64,000 nt of DNA from a virus (taxonomy: Duplodnaviria > Caudoviricetes), in IMG/VR virus record IMGVR_UViG_3300027563_000005, positions 12,007-76,006 of that record. The stretch is one strand, 5' to 3'. Shown in pieces: positions 49,601-59,893 of the stretch. The first letter of the stretch is position 1. Each line of letters begins with the position of its first letter. A program made the translations under genes and the position numbers. The notes under the pieces were generated by a model. It was given only the letters and a program-made list of their open reading frames with translations. It did no database searches and was not told where the DNA came from.

Positions 49601-49942
49601 TGATAATGCCAGTACGGTTTCCTGTACGTAATTTTTAGTTGCAATAATGCTTGAATCGACATTTATTGTAATGGTATTAGATCCATCGTTATATGTCTTT
49701 GTTAGTCCCGCTCCCATTGTAAGTGCGGTGTTAATTGCGTCTTGGGAAATTTCACCAATCGCTACATCTGAATTATTTGCATATGCAAGGGCGGTCCAGG
49801 TAGAAGATCCGTTACCGAACTTAAATAGGTTTGAGTCTGACTCTACACCCATTTCTCCTGCTGCCAAAATTGGATTTACTGAGGTCCATTGTGAAGCTGT
49901 ACCTCTTCTTACTTGAATTCTTACTGTTGACATATTTGCCAC
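46643..49942 (-). CDS. Long tail fibre with Mtd-N-like N-terminus and 10-aa repeats
   Basis: RIQVRRGTASQW..NPILAAGE.G.E.D..KFGNG..W..L.Y; (AVTxAKI/LAD)n tract; KAP.ASPTFTG motifs. Confidence 0.85.
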   Translation of the reverse strand: MANMSTVRIQVRRGTASQWTSVNPILAAGEMGVESDSNLFKFGNGSSTWTALAYANNSDVAIGEISQDAINTALTMGAGLTKTYNDGSNTITINVDSSIIATKNYVQETVLALSNTVDDGFIPLSDRGTALGVASLNSSGKVPASELDITETIQDVVAAEITAGTNIVKTYDDAGGYLDIAVSNSPNFSGTVNATTLNAINLDVATGLTANNVTISGNLTVNGTSTTVNSTNVTIDDPMIYIGDGNQSNALDLGVVAAFNDGTYQHSGLVRDASDGGRWKLFSGVTAEPTTVVDFTTYTKDDLQLGGLFADRASIGDVSNAELQTLNGVTSAIQTQLNSKYDAANISQVYGQIDLKAPIISPTFTGTVTLPDSAVTEPMMNVSSVGSRAIVSGSVITTKIADAAVIATKIADAAVTPSKIEDLAVNSAKIANGAVGATKLADLAVETAKIANQGVTTLKLADDAVTTLKIDDAAVTNQKLSNDSVTTLKVADLAVTTAKLADDSVTSSKLADDSVTAAQIAASAVGTSEIADNAVTAAKIAELTITTLKLADDSVTAAKIAASSVGTSELADNAVTSEKIANGAISNLDISDTAEISPLKIAGEAIVKTNTGGITNVMLAGFIDQSKITDLVSNLAAKAPSAAPTFTGTVVLPATTSIGNVSADEIGYVDGVTSAIQTQLDSKLAIGTASSTYLASATAATTYATITNDNLKAPLASPTFTGTVVLPTVTAGGSIVPATDNTFDLGSPTKMWKDIYVGPGSLYVNGQKVIQDESGAIVVSADIDENLGLRTSGSGNIELDPTGTGSVNIKGPLVVEAGANFSSADGNGIAFSNGVKTDSVTSKTLNTDLSLSGNGTGKVYLNDNAEVNGNLVVGGNLTVSGTTTSINTETISLADNIIDLNSNFTTGTPTENSGIRVVRGDLNAVQVRWNESTDKWEFTNDGTNYSTVAGIESPTFTGTVTIPAGASIAGFAPIASPTFTGAVTVAASGVVFTDGTQTKAGVPSITNIPTALAAGAVTIGADRADQFIPLTGAVVITLPATGYVTGQSIDFHQASSTGARFETTNGVVGTPGLKFRTTNSVVTAMKISSGWLVFGDLSA
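48170..48800 (-). repeat. 30-bp degenerate tandem repeat (10-aa VTxxKL/IAD units)
   Basis: Periodic gttactg motif in the DNA; about 20 units in the protein. Confidence 0.85.
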
Positions 49943-49994
49943 CCCTTGTTTAGATTTATTTGTTAATTATAGCACTACAATAATTCCAAAACAA

Positions 49995-50366
49995 TTACGA
50001 AATTGTTCCAGAATCAAAGGTCATGCTGTATATATCTGTTGAGTAATCTCCACCATCCGCAAACTTTGTGGCTGCTGTATTTACTCCATTTGCAAAAACT
50101 GTATATACTGGCTGGCCGTCATAATCTATTGCCAGTCCAATATCCATAAATGTTAAAGCACCTAGATCTTCCGCCGCATCTGTAAGGAGGGCGATTTCCT
50201 TCCAAGCACCATTTATCTGGATCTTTAATCTTCCAGTTGATGAGTCGAAGGCAAGGGGGGTTGAATTTAAGACTAAGTTGTCTACATTTACTGCTGCATC
50301 GAATGTTGCAGGTCCTGCTACGTTAAGGCCATTTTTAACCTTGAAGTTTTTATTTACTATTGCCAT
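49995..50366 (-). CDS. Small virion/fibre-associated protein
   Basis: N-terminus MAIVNKNFKVKNGL nearly identical to that of the neighbouring fibre. Confidence 0.7.
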   Translation of the reverse strand: MAIVNKNFKVKNGLNVAGPATFDAAVNVDNLVLNSTPLAFDSSTGRLKIQINGAWKEIALLTDAAEDLGALTFMDIGLAIDYDGQPVYTVFANGVNTAATKFADGGDYSTDIYSMTFDSGTIS

Positions 50367-50429
50367 TTAAGTTCACATATCCCCTAATGTTTTGGTGGGG
50401 TTTTGAAAGGACCCCATACCTTTTATTAA

Positions 50430-52193
50430 TTATTTAATTAGTGTTGCATAAACCATTACATCTGTTGATGCGTAGGTTGTTGTTACTGATATTGATACAT
50501 CTCCTGAAACGTATGCTGCTGATACTGTTCCAAGGTCGAGTCCTGTTGTGATTGAGCCAAACTCTGTTATTGCTACGTTATTGCTTGTATCTAATGTAAG
50601 TAGTACTTCAGAAACCTGAGTATTGACTCCATTTTTTAATTTAACAATTGCTTTAGCTGTTCTGTAGTCTGCCGCTGCCCATGTAAGAGCATTAACAGTT
50701 GCTGCTGATGCTACGGTTGAAGTTGCTGCCTGTACTGCTGCTACATCATTTACGTTGACCTTTGTAAATGGTGTTGTACCATTTTTTACGCTTGTAAGAG
50801 CGCTTGCTGCTGTTGATTCTGCTGAAGATTGTGCTGCTGCTTGTGCAGTTGCAATTGCTGAGGTACGGGCTGTTGCTTCACCTGAGATTGCAGTTGAAAT
50901 TGCTGAGTTACGTGCTGTAGCTTCTGCAGCAACCTTTGACGTTGCATCCGCTGCTGCGGTTGCTACTGAGGCTGAATCGCCTGAAACTCTTAGAGCTGCT
51001 TCTGCTGCGACCTTAGCGGTTGCATCGGTTGCTGCCGTCGCTACTGAGGCTGCATCGCCTGATACTCTGAGGGTTGCTTCTGCTGCTACCTTAGATGTAG
51101 CATCTGCTGATGCTGTGGCTTCTGCTGCTGCTTGAGCGGCGTTTGCCTTAGTTGTAGCATCTGCTGAAGCAGTTGATGCTGCGGCTGCTATATCTGTAGC
51201 AACTTGTGCTGAAGTAGCTTTTGTTGCCAAAGCTGTTGTAATGGTTGTTGTGTAGTTAGCATCGTTATTTATTGCTGCTGCTAATTCATCTAATGTATTA
51301 AGAAGGTTTGGTGCGCCATCTACTAATGAATCTACTGCTGCTCCAATTGCTATATTACGGTTTGAAACCTCTGTTGAGATTGCTGTTGTAAGTGCTGCTG
51401 CTGCTGTTGCTTCTGCTCCAGCCTTTGCTGCATTAGCCTTTGTAGTTGCGTCTGCTGATGCTGCAGAGATAGCGGCTGCTTGAGCGGCATCTGCCTTGGT
51501 TGTTGCATCTGCTGCTGCAGTTGATACTGAGGCTGCGTCGCCTGATACTCTAAGTGCTGCTTCTGCAGCAACCTTTGACGTTGCATCCGCTGCTGCGGTT
51601 GCTACTGAGGCTGAATCGCCTGATACTCTGAGGGTTGCTTCTGCTGCTACCTTAGATGTAGCATCTGCTGATGCTGTGGCTTCTGCTGCAGTCTTTGCTG
51701 TTGCAATTGCTGCATTTCGGTCTGTAACCTCTGTTGCAATTGCTGTTGCAATTGCTGAGCTACGGGCTGTTGCTTCTGCGGCTACCTTAGATGTAGCATC
51801 TGTTGCTGCATTTGCTTGTGCGCTTGATGCTGCACCTGCTGCATCGTATGCTGCAGCTGTTGCTGCTAATGCACGAGCATTTGTGAAATATAGATTTGAT
51901 CCTTCTGCAAGATCGGCAGTATCATGGTTTGAAAGACTTGAAACTGTTCCTGTTACGTTACCAGTTAAGTTACCAACAATAGATGCTGTAATTGTGCCTG
52001 CTGCAAAGTTTCCTGAGCCGTCACGCTTTACTACAGTATTAGGAGTATTGGCTGTATCTGCTGATCCGCCAACTGTGCTGATGATGAAGGCTGTTGATGC
52101 CTCTGTTAATACATTAAATCCATTTACCGTTGCGACGGAGCCGTCAACGATAAGACCATTTTTTACTCTAAAGTTCTTATTTACTATTGCCAT
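50430..52193 (-). CDS. Ala-rich coiled-coil tail fibre protein
   Basis: DATSKVAAEA repeats, EGSNLYFT and GAP..LNTL.ELA motifs. Confidence 0.8.
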   Translation of the reverse strand: MAIVNKNFRVKNGLIVDGSVATVNGFNVLTEASTAFIISTVGGSADTANTPNTVVKRDGSGNFAAGTITASIVGNLTGNVTGTVSSLSNHDTADLAEGSNLYFTNARALAATAAAYDAAGAASSAQANAATDATSKVAAEATARSSAIATAIATEVTDRNAAIATAKTAAEATASADATSKVAAEATLRVSGDSASVATAAADATSKVAAEAALRVSGDAASVSTAAADATTKADAAQAAAISAASADATTKANAAKAGAEATAAAALTTAISTEVSNRNIAIGAAVDSLVDGAPNLLNTLDELAAAINNDANYTTTITTALATKATSAQVATDIAAAASTASADATTKANAAQAAAEATASADATSKVAAEATLRVSGDAASVATAATDATAKVAAEAALRVSGDSASVATAAADATSKVAAEATARNSAISTAISGEATARTSAIATAQAAAQSSAESTAASALTSVKNGTTPFTKVNVNDVAAVQAATSTVASAATVNALTWAAADYRTAKAIVKLKNGVNTQVSEVLLTLDTSNNVAITEFGSITTGLDLGTVSAAYVSGDVSISVTTTYASTDVMVYATLIK

Positions 52194-52216
52194 AATTTAT
52201 GACTCCTCTTACTGCT

Positions 52217-52771
52217 TTATTTTAACGCTGTTCTAAAATATCTTACAGTTACTTCTCCTGATACTGGGGTGACTGTTAGATTAATTATACCATTTGACGA
52301 TTCAAAAGCTGTTGTCGCAATTGATGAATTGGCATTTGTTACAATATTGGATTCTGAGACATATATATCAGAAGATCCTCTTAATGCTGTTATGTTAGAG
52401 AAATATGATTCTCCAGTAGATGTTTTTACAATCTGCAGGGCATATGATGCAGTCCGATAGTCTGCTGATGCATATGAGTCTATGGTTGTTTTGTTTTGGA
52501 TTCCCGCCACCGTTAAGTCATTATTTCCTTCTAGACCCATAAGTGTTTCTATGCTTGCCGATGTATTTGCAAGAGTTCCCACTGAAGTTGATAGGGAATT
52601 GATTTTATATGTCAACGAGTTTGAATCCGTTGAGTTTGTTATTCCTACTACATTTTCTAATGCCTCTATTGCGTCGTTAGCATTAGCATGTTGTTCTGCG
52701 TGACCAACCAATTCATCTTTTGAAGATGGGTTTAAAAGGCTGTCTTTACTTGTTGGAAAAGTGCTTGCCAT
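52217..52771 (-). CDS. Virion protein
   Basis: FPTS.D..NP..HA.QH..ANDAI.AL N-terminus; C-terminal YRTA domain shared with its neighbour. Confidence 0.7.
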   Translation of the reverse strand: MASTFPTSKDSLLNPSSKDELVGHAEQHANANDAIEALENVVGITNSTDSNSLTYKINSLSTSVGTLANTSASIETLMGLEGNNDLTVAGIQNKTTIDSYASADYRTASYALQIVKTSTGESYFSNITALRGSSDIYVSESNIVTNANSSIATTAFESSNGIINLTVTPVSGEVTVRYFRTALK

Positions 52772-52818
52772 GTTGCCTCCTGGCGGTACTGCATTTACTA
52801 ATTATATCTTATTTAAAA

Positions 52819-53025
52819 TTATAATTGAGATGAAACCGCAGATATTTGTATTTCTTTTTCTTCTATTTGTTCTTGTAAGGACTCTAGTCTTTCATTGTCT
52901 GGCTTAGACTTAGCAGATTCTGCTATTTTTTCAATTTCATAAGAGTACTTCTGATACTCTAAATTTCTTACTGCCGACTGCTTAATTGCTTCTTTTTCTG
53001 GATCAGAAAGGTATTCGTAAGACAT
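52819..53025 (-). CDS. Small coiled-coil hypothetical protein
   Basis: ORF with GAGG RBS. Confidence 0.6.
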   Translation of the reverse strand: MSYEYLSDPEKEAIKQSAVRNLEYQKYSYEIEKIAESAKSKPDNERLESLQEQIEEKEIQISAVSSQL

Positions 53026-53026
53026 T

Positions 53027-53227
53027 TTATCCTCTTAATTCTACTATCATCTGAGTATAGGTATCTACCTCAGATATAAATCTATCTAAGACATCTTGCC
53101 TTAGCTCTTTTCCGTCAAATTCTTCTGGAAGTGTTAGTATTCCATTTCTTAATTCATTTATTACAATTGATATGGAATCAATTTTAGCATTTAATATTTC
53201 TATTTGTTCATCGTTAGTTAATGTCAT
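53027..53227 (-). CDS. Small hypothetical protein
   Basis: ATGA overlap with the upstream gene. Confidence 0.6.
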   Translation of the reverse strand: MTLTNDEQIEILNAKIDSISIVINELRNGILTLPEEFDGKELRQDVLDRFISEVDTYTQMIVELRG

Positions 53228-55008
53228 TGCCATGAGCTCCACTGCGTAAATGCTGATGAGCTAGAGCCGTTTGCTCTAACTCTAAAACGAGACCAAGCGT
53301 AAGAGTAGCTATTATAATTTTTTGATCGGCCATAAACTGTTCCTGTGTCTGAGGCTAGGACTGTGCCTCCGTTTGAACTTGCAAATTGTAGTTCATAATC
53401 CCATGAGCTTGGAGTTCCTCCAGAACCATCAGACCAAGATGCCTGCCAGCTAGAGGGGCTTGAAGCTGTGCCTGAACCTGAAATCCAAGCAAAAGTTAAG
53501 TCTGGTACTCCTGGTCCTGCGACTGCTACTGCTGACCATCTTGCAACCATTGAAATATTCCGAGAAGGTGGATACCATGTTCCACCTGCTCCAACATTAT
53601 ATGTGTAGTCTGCAGATGCCGTGTCGTACCATCCATTAAATGTATATCCAGATCTTGATGGCTGGCCTGCTGCGGTAGTTGGATTTCCTGCGGTCCATGT
53701 ACTTTCTCCGCCACCAGAGCCACCATTGGCACCATACGTAGCCGTATAAGTTACTGCTACTGGTATTGGGGTAGAAACAACTGTATTTGATTGAATCCAG
53801 TTAGACCATCCGCCAGCATTATATGCTCTAGCAAATGCCGCAAATTGATCTGGGGTTCCGCTAGCTTCTGAGGTTGTTATTTGGTGTGAAGTTGAGCTTC
53901 CAGAAACAGTTCCATTAGATGTTCCGCTGCCGCCTTCTCCTGGAGGTGTTCCTGTTGCCTTATTAATTTTAATTTCATATGCTGTGGGGCTTCCATTCCA
54001 ACCTGATGTTGTTGCGGTAATAGTTGTAAGTGCTTGTTGTGTGCCAGCAGGTGCAAGGCTTATTGATCCTCCGCTTGGTACTGCTATTACTACTGCAGTC
54101 AGTGTTCCAGATGCATATCCTGGATTTGCTGATTTGTTTGATGCAGTAGCACTTGTTTGCATTCCATATCCTTGTGCAGCAGCAGATCTTGGATATACTG
54201 TAAAATAATTTGATTCGTTTCCGTCTGCAATTGCCCAAGTATAATTAGTTTGTGAAGATGGAACATTTACTGTTGTGGTTACGTTATTTCCATATTTAAC
54301 AATATCGTAAGATGATGCTCCAGTTGCAGCAGACCAGTATATATAAACTTGTTTATTTGAATTTGTTGGGGTAACAGTAATTTGTATTGCTCCAGCTGAA
54401 CCAGATCCGCTGAAGTTGCCAGAACTTACGGCGGAAGTTGGAGAGATTGATCCATTATTAGTACTAATTGAATATGAAGTTGCATACGTAGATGTTCCCC
54501 AAGATCCACTAAAGTTTAAATCAGATGTAGATATAGATACAGTAGGTTGAGTTGGATATGGAGTAGAATCATAAGCTATTACTGAAGTAACCATTGGCAA
54601 TATGTTAGTTCCAGAACTTCCACTTATTGTTGTGCTTCCTCTTCCATTTGTTGCTGTTATTGTAACGCCTATAGACTGATCAATATCTGCTGTTGTTGCT
54701 GTGTACGTTGCAGAAGTAGCTCCTGAAATATTTGTGCTTCCGCGTTTCCACTGATATGTATATGATGTTGGCGCATAGGCTGGGTCCATATTCCATGAGT
54801 GATTTGGTGTCCATGTTGAACCAGGGGATGGATAAGTGGTACCTGAATACGTAAATGTTGGGCCACCAGTTGAAACTGGTGAGTTTGGATATACTATTTG
54901 CCAGCTTCCATTATAAACCCAGCTTTTAACAGCATTGACCCACGAAGAACCATTATGAATCTTTAATGATTTAGCTTCTTGCCAATTTGAACCATCATGT
55001 ATTTTCAT
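53224..55008 (-). CDS. Ser/Thr-rich virion adhesin with Ig/FN3 and InlB B-repeat-like domains
   Basis: SYTYQW..ISGAT..Y; WSA..GASSY; Y.ANGG..P.RSGYTF.GWY. Confidence 0.75.
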   Translation of the reverse strand: MKIHDGSNWQEAKSLKIHNGSSWVNAVKSWVYNGSWQIVYPNSPVSTGGPTFTYSGTTYPSPGSTWTPNHSWNMDPAYAPTSYTYQWKRGSTNISGATSATYTATTADIDQSIGVTITATNGRGSTTISGSSGTNILPMVTSVIAYDSTPYPTQPTVSISTSDLNFSGSWGTSTYATSYSISTNNGSISPTSAVSSGNFSGSGSAGAIQITVTPTNSNKQVYIYWSAATGASSYDIVKYGNNVTTTVNVPSSQTNYTWAIADGNESNYFTVYPRSAAAQGYGMQTSATASNKSANPGYASGTLTAVVIAVPSGGSISLAPAGTQQALTTITATTSGWNGSPTAYEIKINKATGTPPGEGGSGTSNGTVSGSSTSHQITTSEASGTPDQFAAFARAYNAGGWSNWIQSNTVVSTPIPVAVTYTATYGANGGSGGGESTWTAGNPTTAAGQPSRSGYTFNGWYDTASADYTYNVGAGGTWYPPSRNISMVARWSAVAVAGPGVPDLTFAWISGSGTASSPSSWQASWSDGSGGTPSSWDYELQFASSNGGTVLASDTGTVYGRSKNYNSYSYAWSRFRVRANGSSSSAFTQWSSWQ

Positions 55009-55015
55009 TTATACC

Positions 55016-57370
55016 CTAGTATTGTACGTAAATGTCTCCAGCAACCATTCCAGAAGCAGGGACTATGCCAGTATTATTATAGAATGTTTTTGCTCCTACA
55101 GGAATTGTTACTGTTGATCCTAAAGAAACTATCTGTCCATTAATTCCAACATAATTATTTGCAAGCATGACATTTGTAACTGTTGCCGTATCAGATAAAG
55201 TAACTGCTGTTCCAGCAATTTTTGTTTTATCTATTGCGGCAGATGCATTAATGTCTATATTCATTATAGCGCCATCTAGAATTTTTGCAGAAGTTATAGA
55301 GCTATCTGCTATTGTGGTTGTTAAACCAGTTACTGTCGCACCAGAAAAATCTACTGTTCCAGTAAATGCTGGTGAAGCTTTTGTTGCATAGCTTGTTAAG
55401 TTTAATGTTGCCCATGAAGCAGATGTTCCGTCTGTAGTTAAATATTTACCAGAATTGTTTAATTGAGCTGGTAGGGCTGTTATTCCAGTTACCGTTGCAC
55501 CCGAAAAATCTACTGTTCCAGTAAATACTGGGGAGGCTAATGGGGCTTTTAGATCTAAATTAGAAGCTGTAGCGTAAATTGATGCTGCGGATGTGGTATC
55601 TAATATTTTTCGCCATGAGCCTGAGTGTGCATAATATGCTGATCCTGTTCCGTGCACATGTGCAAACATTCCATGCTTTGTAGCTGCTGATGGGAGGTTT
55701 GCTTCTGCATCGTATACGTCCCAGTTTAAATCGGAGCTTTTAACTGTATTTGTTGGAATAGTTACTGTTCCAGTGAAAGTTGGAGAAGCAAGTGGCGCAT
55801 ATGTTGATGCGGCAGTTGAAGAAGAAAGCTTAGTTCCAACTAACGTAGTTAATGAAGATGCAGCTGTTTGATCTGATGCGATATAATCTGAAATTTCTTT
55901 TAGTGTGTCAAATGTTGTAGGAGCTCCATTAACAACAGTTGCTATTTGCGCTGCAATATCAGAAGTTCTTGCAATATCTGAATTTAGGACAGCTGAGTCT
56001 ATTTTTCCAGTTGCAATACTAATTTTTGGATAAAGTGAATTTGCATCAGCTTCTGTTAAATATGATTCAAGTGTGTTATTTAAAGAAGTTGGTGTTGTAA
56101 AAGTAGAATTAACATATGTTTTTGTCGGAAAGGTGTTATTTGCATATGTTAAAAGATCTTCTTGAGATTGATTTACATTTACATAAACATCTGCAAATTT
56201 TTGATTTGTTACAGAGATAACTCTTTCTGGTGTAAAATAAAGATTTGTTGTACCCTCTGTTACTGCGTCTGTTGTTCCAGTAAATGTTGATCCACCAGAT
56301 CCTGGTGTACCTGCGTCTCCCCGTGGAATTGTAAAATTAAATATTGCTGCTTGGGATGTTCCAGAATTTGTTATAGCTACAGATGAACCTGCTAAGCCAG
56401 TGGTAACAGAACCAACTGTTATTGTTGCTGCTGTTCCAGCGACTCCAGGTGTTCCATTTGCGCCAGCTGAACCAGTGTCACCTTTTAATCCCTGTAGACC
56501 CTGTGAACCTGCTGCGCCAGCGGCACCCGCAGGACCAACATCGCCTCTAGGACCCTGTAAGCCTGTAGCTCCGATACCAATTGGACCAGATTCTCCAGTG
56601 TCACCCTTTAATCCCTGTGGACCAGCGGCACCCGCAGGACCCGCAGGACCCGCAGGACCTGTGGCACCTGTAGCGCCAGGAGTTCCTGTACCAGCAGTAA
56701 TTCCAGAAACTGCTGCATTGATTGCAGTATTTCTATTTGTAATTTCAGTTGATATGGCAGTATTTATTGCTGTGTTTCTACCAGAAACTTCTGTCGCAAT
56801 TTTAGTATCTGTATAAGAATTGGCTGTGACTACTGCTGCTGCTGTAGCAATTGTATCTTTTGTGTCTGATGCCGCTGCCGCTGCAATAATAGCCTCAGCT
56901 TTTGCTGTTGCTGCTTTATTCGTTGCATCATTTGATGCTGTGCTAATTGCTTCTGTTTTTGCAGCAGCAATTGCTGTATTTCTATTTGACGTTTCTGTTG
57001 CAATTGCGCTAACTATAGAAGCAGAAACTGCATCGATTGCTCTTTGATTTGTAAAATATTTATTTGTAGATCCTTCTGCTATAGAGTTAGAAGTTAATTG
57101 AGCGATTGCAGCATTTAAATCAACTCCTGCTGAAATAGAATCTGGTAGTTGGGAAGTAGGTATTTTACCAGCTGAGTTAAGTGTAGCGACTCCGTTTGCT
57201 TCTCCAACTTTTAATGCATAGGAAGTTGTGGCATTCCATCTTGAGCCGTTGCCAACTTTAAATTTAAGAGTATCTGTTTCAATACCAAGTTCACCTGGCA
57301 ATAGTATGGGATTGTTTAAAACCCAATTTGCTGCTGTATCTCTTCTAAGCTGTATTCTTAATGATGCCAT
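55016..57370 (-). CDS. Tail fibre with Mtd-N-like N-terminus and collagen repeat
   Basis: [30 protein letters not shown]; long Gly-X-Y tract; AGGAGG RBS before the ATG at 57370. Confidence 0.85.
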   Translation of the reverse strand: MASLRIQLRRDTAANWVLNNPILLPGELGIETDTLKFKVGNGSRWNATTSYALKVGEANGVATLNSAGKIPTSQLPDSISAGVDLNAAIAQLTSNSIAEGSTNKYFTNQRAIDAVSASIVSAIATETSNRNTAIAAAKTEAISTASNDATNKAATAKAEAIIAAAAASDTKDTIATAAAVVTANSYTDTKIATEVSGRNTAINTAISTEITNRNTAINAAVSGITAGTGTPGATGATGPAGPAGPAGAAGPQGLKGDTGESGPIGIGATGLQGPRGDVGPAGAAGAAGSQGLQGLKGDTGSAGANGTPGVAGTAATITVGSVTTGLAGSSVAITNSGTSQAAIFNFTIPRGDAGTPGSGGSTFTGTTDAVTEGTTNLYFTPERVISVTNQKFADVYVNVNQSQEDLLTYANNTFPTKTYVNSTFTTPTSLNNTLESYLTEADANSLYPKISIATGKIDSAVLNSDIARTSDIAAQIATVVNGAPTTFDTLKEISDYIASDQTAASSLTTLVGTKLSSSTAASTYAPLASPTFTGTVTIPTNTVKSSDLNWDVYDAEANLPSAATKHGMFAHVHGTGSAYYAHSGSWRKILDTTSAASIYATASNLDLKAPLASPVFTGTVDFSGATVTGITALPAQLNNSGKYLTTDGTSASWATLNLTSYATKASPAFTGTVDFSGATVTGLTTTIADSSITSAKILDGAIMNIDINASAAIDKTKIAGTAVTLSDTATVTNVMLANNYVGINGQIVSLGSTVTIPVGAKTFYNNTGIVPASGMVAGDIYVQY

Positions 57371-57371
57371 T

Positions 57372-57830
57372 TTATGAACCTCCTGCATCAACAATTATAC
57401 CATCGTTGTCTGCAGAACTTCCTCCTTCTAGAACTTCGTCTTGTACTACTGTAACGCTGCCTTCTGGGTTTCCGCCATCAAGCAATGTTTGGTTTTCAAA
57501 TGTTCCGCCTTGGTTTGATGTTGAAGGACTTTGTCCATCGTATCCAATTACAAGCGGTAATACTAGATTGGGAGAATCTGAAGTATTTGTTTCCTTAAAT
57601 GTAATCTTATTTTGAACATCAATTGTATGAACATTTCCATCAAATGAATGTGTATGCATATAAAATGGTGTTGGGTCTGTGCTCGGCGGGGTAAGCTCTA
57701 CCCAAACCATACCATTGTATATTCTTAAATTCTTACTTACTACATTAAAGTATATATCTCCAACAGTGGCTATGTCGGGGTTCTCCATAGAAGTAAGAAG
57801 ATTAAGTGCAACCTTCATTTGTCTGGACAT
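57372..57830 (-). CDS. Virion accessory protein
   Basis: GDIYFN..LRIYNG..W motif; DGG/EGG/DAGG acidic tail. Confidence 0.65.
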   Translation of the reverse strand: MSRQMKVALNLLTSMENPDIATVGDIYFNVVSKNLRIYNGMVWVELTPPSTDPTPFYMHTHSFDGNVHTIDVQNKITFKETNTSDSPNLVLPLVIGYDGQSPSTSNQGGTFENQTLLDGGNPEGSVTVVQDEVLEGGSSADNDGIIVDAGGS

Positions 57831-57834
57831 TTTA

Positions 57835-59034
57835 TTATCCTACAACTACTACTTTATATTCTCCAGCTGACGGGGCTATTGCAAAGTCTACTGTTACTGT
57901 ATTCGAGCTAGTTCTTTTTACATCAGCTTCAACTTGTGCAAACGGTGATGCTGCTTCAAATATTTGAACAGTTACATCAGTTGTTCCTAAATTGTGTGTT
58001 ATTGTATAAGATGTGGCAGACGCACCAAGTGTTTCTGCATATTTTCTAGCAATTGCATGATAGGCTGTTCCATTATTTGTTAATGCCCAGTTGTCTGATG
58101 TTTCATTCCATAGGATTTCTACATCTGTCTCTAGTCCACGCTCTACTGTTATTCCAGCATCTGTTGTTGGGGTGCCAGCAAAATTGCTATTTAGCTTTAC
58201 CTTATTATCTTCAATATTAATCTGTGTTGTATTTACAGAGTTAACAGTTCCAATAACATTGAGGTTTCCACCAACCTGTAAGTTTCCAGTAATTTCTACA
58301 TTGTCTGGCAAGCCTACGGTTACCGCTGCGTTGTGTCCGCTATTTGGAGAAACAGTAATTTCATTTGCTGTTCCTACAATAGTTGCTACATAGTCGCCTG
58401 TTGTTTGTGAATCTAAATTAATATCTTTTACAGATACTACGCCTGCGTTTACATTAAAGTCTGCTGCATCAAAAGAAGCGACACCTTTGTTTGTTGTGCT
58501 TGCGTCTTCAGCAGAAATTGTAATTGCATTATTTGTTACAGCAACATCAATTCCTTCTCCGCCATTTACTGTTAAACCTTCTGTAAGAAGAGAAATTGCA
58601 GTTGTTCCAGTATCTCCAGTTATTGAAAGCTCTGTTGCAACATCTACTTGACCAGCTGCAGTTAATCTACCTTGCTGATCTACTGTAAATGTAGGTATCT
58701 TTGTTTGTGATCCGTATGAACCAGTTGTTACTGCTGTATTGTCTAAATCTATTGTTGTGATTCCTGTAGAATCAACGTATGTTTTTGTTAACCCGACTCC
58801 GCCTTCGATTGATGCGCCAATTGCATCTTGAATTACTTCTTGAGAACCACTCATTGACTGCCATGGACCGTTTGGTGATGCTAGTCCATTGTAGTAGTAC
58901 ATAACATTGTCGCCACTGTTATAGTAAATTTGACCAATTACTGGGTTTGATGGAGCTGAGCCTAAATTCTGAATTCTAGCATTTAAGAGCTCATTTTTAT
59001 TGAGGTCAATGCTAACTAAAAACTTTTTTGCCAT
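57835..59034 (-). CDS. Tail fibre-like virion protein
   Basis: GQIYYN, G.YG..IP..TVD..GR.T, GNL.V.G and ITHNLGT.DV motifs. Confidence 0.7.
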   Translation of the reverse strand: MAKKFLVSIDLNKNELLNARIQNLGSAPSNPVIGQIYYNSGDNVMYYYNGLASPNGPWQSMSGSQEVIQDAIGASIEGGVGLTKTYVDSTGITTIDLDNTAVTTGSYGSQTKIPTFTVDQQGRLTAAGQVDVATELSITGDTGTTAISLLTEGLTVNGGEGIDVAVTNNAITISAEDASTTNKGVASFDAADFNVNAGVVSVKDINLDSQTTGDYVATIVGTANEITVSPNSGHNAAVTVGLPDNVEITGNLQVGGNLNVIGTVNSVNTTQINIEDNKVKLNSNFAGTPTTDAGITVERGLETDVEILWNETSDNWALTNNGTAYHAIARKYAETLGASATSYTITHNLGTTDVTVQIFEAASPFAQVEADVKRTSSNTVTVDFAIAPSAGEYKVVVVG

Positions 59035-59046
59035 TTTCTTTCTCCC

Positions 59047-59481
59047 TTATGACAGATATGCTGTCCCTGAAAACGGCTGCGCCATAGTCAGTGTTATTTG
59101 ATTAATACTATTATAGTCTATTCCAGTTTCTAATATGTCTCCAGCGCTAGATTTAACGGTTACATTTGGGTTGAACCCAAGGTTATGATTTATCCGAACT
59201 GAATACATTCCTGCAACTGGTCCAGTTATTTGTGCCATTTCCCATGGATATGTCAAAGAAATTTGTTTATCCAAGATAAAGCTGTTGTTTATATTCCAGG
59301 TATTTGTTGAAGCTTTTGGGCCCCAAAACCTTGTTGTGTTTGTGTCAAAATAAAAGTCTCCTGGGACTCCCAGCGTTGCATCTGGGTTTCCGCCTCCACT
59401 TATTATTGTTCTTCCAGGCGCTCCAGTAGATCTTACTACAACAAGTGGGTTGTTTTCTGTGACTATTAATCTTGTTGCCAT
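59047..59481 (-). CDS. Virion accessory protein
   Basis: G.P..LG..GDFY.D, WGPK and HNLGF.P motifs. Confidence 0.65.
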   Translation of the reverse strand: MATRLIVTENNPLVVVRSTGAPGRTIISGGGNPDATLGVPGDFYFDTNTTRFWGPKASTNTWNINNSFILDKQISLTYPWEMAQITGPVAGMYSVRINHNLGFNPNVTVKSSAGDILETGIDYNSINQITLTMAQPFSGTAYLS

Positions 59482-59825
59482 TATACTGTTACCGACCTAT
59501 TTAATGTCATATATCCTTCTAATAATCTTGTCTTATTAACACTAGGGTCAATTAGAACAAGGTCATATGCAGATTTTGGAAAAAACATTTTGTTTGTTCT
59601 GTCTGCAGATATCGATATTTGTATTTTGCCTTCTACTGGACTTATAGTTAATCCATCTTGCTCTGTTAATGTAAAAGCTAGCTTTTTTCCGCCTTGAGTA
59701 TCTCTAACTTGAAGTTTTGCTATATGATTATGAAGTTGAATAGGTGTTTGATCTTCGTCTAGGTATTGAACCTCAAACGTAAACGTTGTATTTTGATCAA
59801 CTTCAAAATTCTTTTGCGCTGCCAC
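59481..59825 (-). CDS. Virion protein (LtfC/BppU-like beta sandwich)
   Basis: DQ..TF..A.LQVR..YDL..RLLEG motif. Confidence 0.65.
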   Translation of the reverse strand: MAAQKNFEVDQNTTFTFEVQYLDEDQTPIQLHNHIAKLQVRDTQGGKKLAFTLTEQDGLTISPVEGKIQISISADRTNKMFFPKSAYDLVLIDPSVNKTRLLEGYMTLNRSVTV

Positions 59826-59842
59826 ATTTACCCCTAAATTAG

Positions 59843-59872
59843 AAAAGCCCTTATGCCAATTTTAGCATAAGG
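59843..59872 (-). terminator. Terminator hairpin after the holin-like gene, overlapping a TGcTAAAAT -10
   Basis: CCTTATGC/GCATAAGG stem followed by a T-run on the minus strand. Confidence 0.55.
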
Positions 59873-59893
59873 ACGTTCCCAATCAACTATAAG

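Noticed and set aside
46643-57394. Diversity-generating retroelement suggested by Mtd-N-like domains
   Set aside because: No reverse transcriptase and no template/variable repeat pair differing at adenines is visible; Mtd-N is a common fibre anchor
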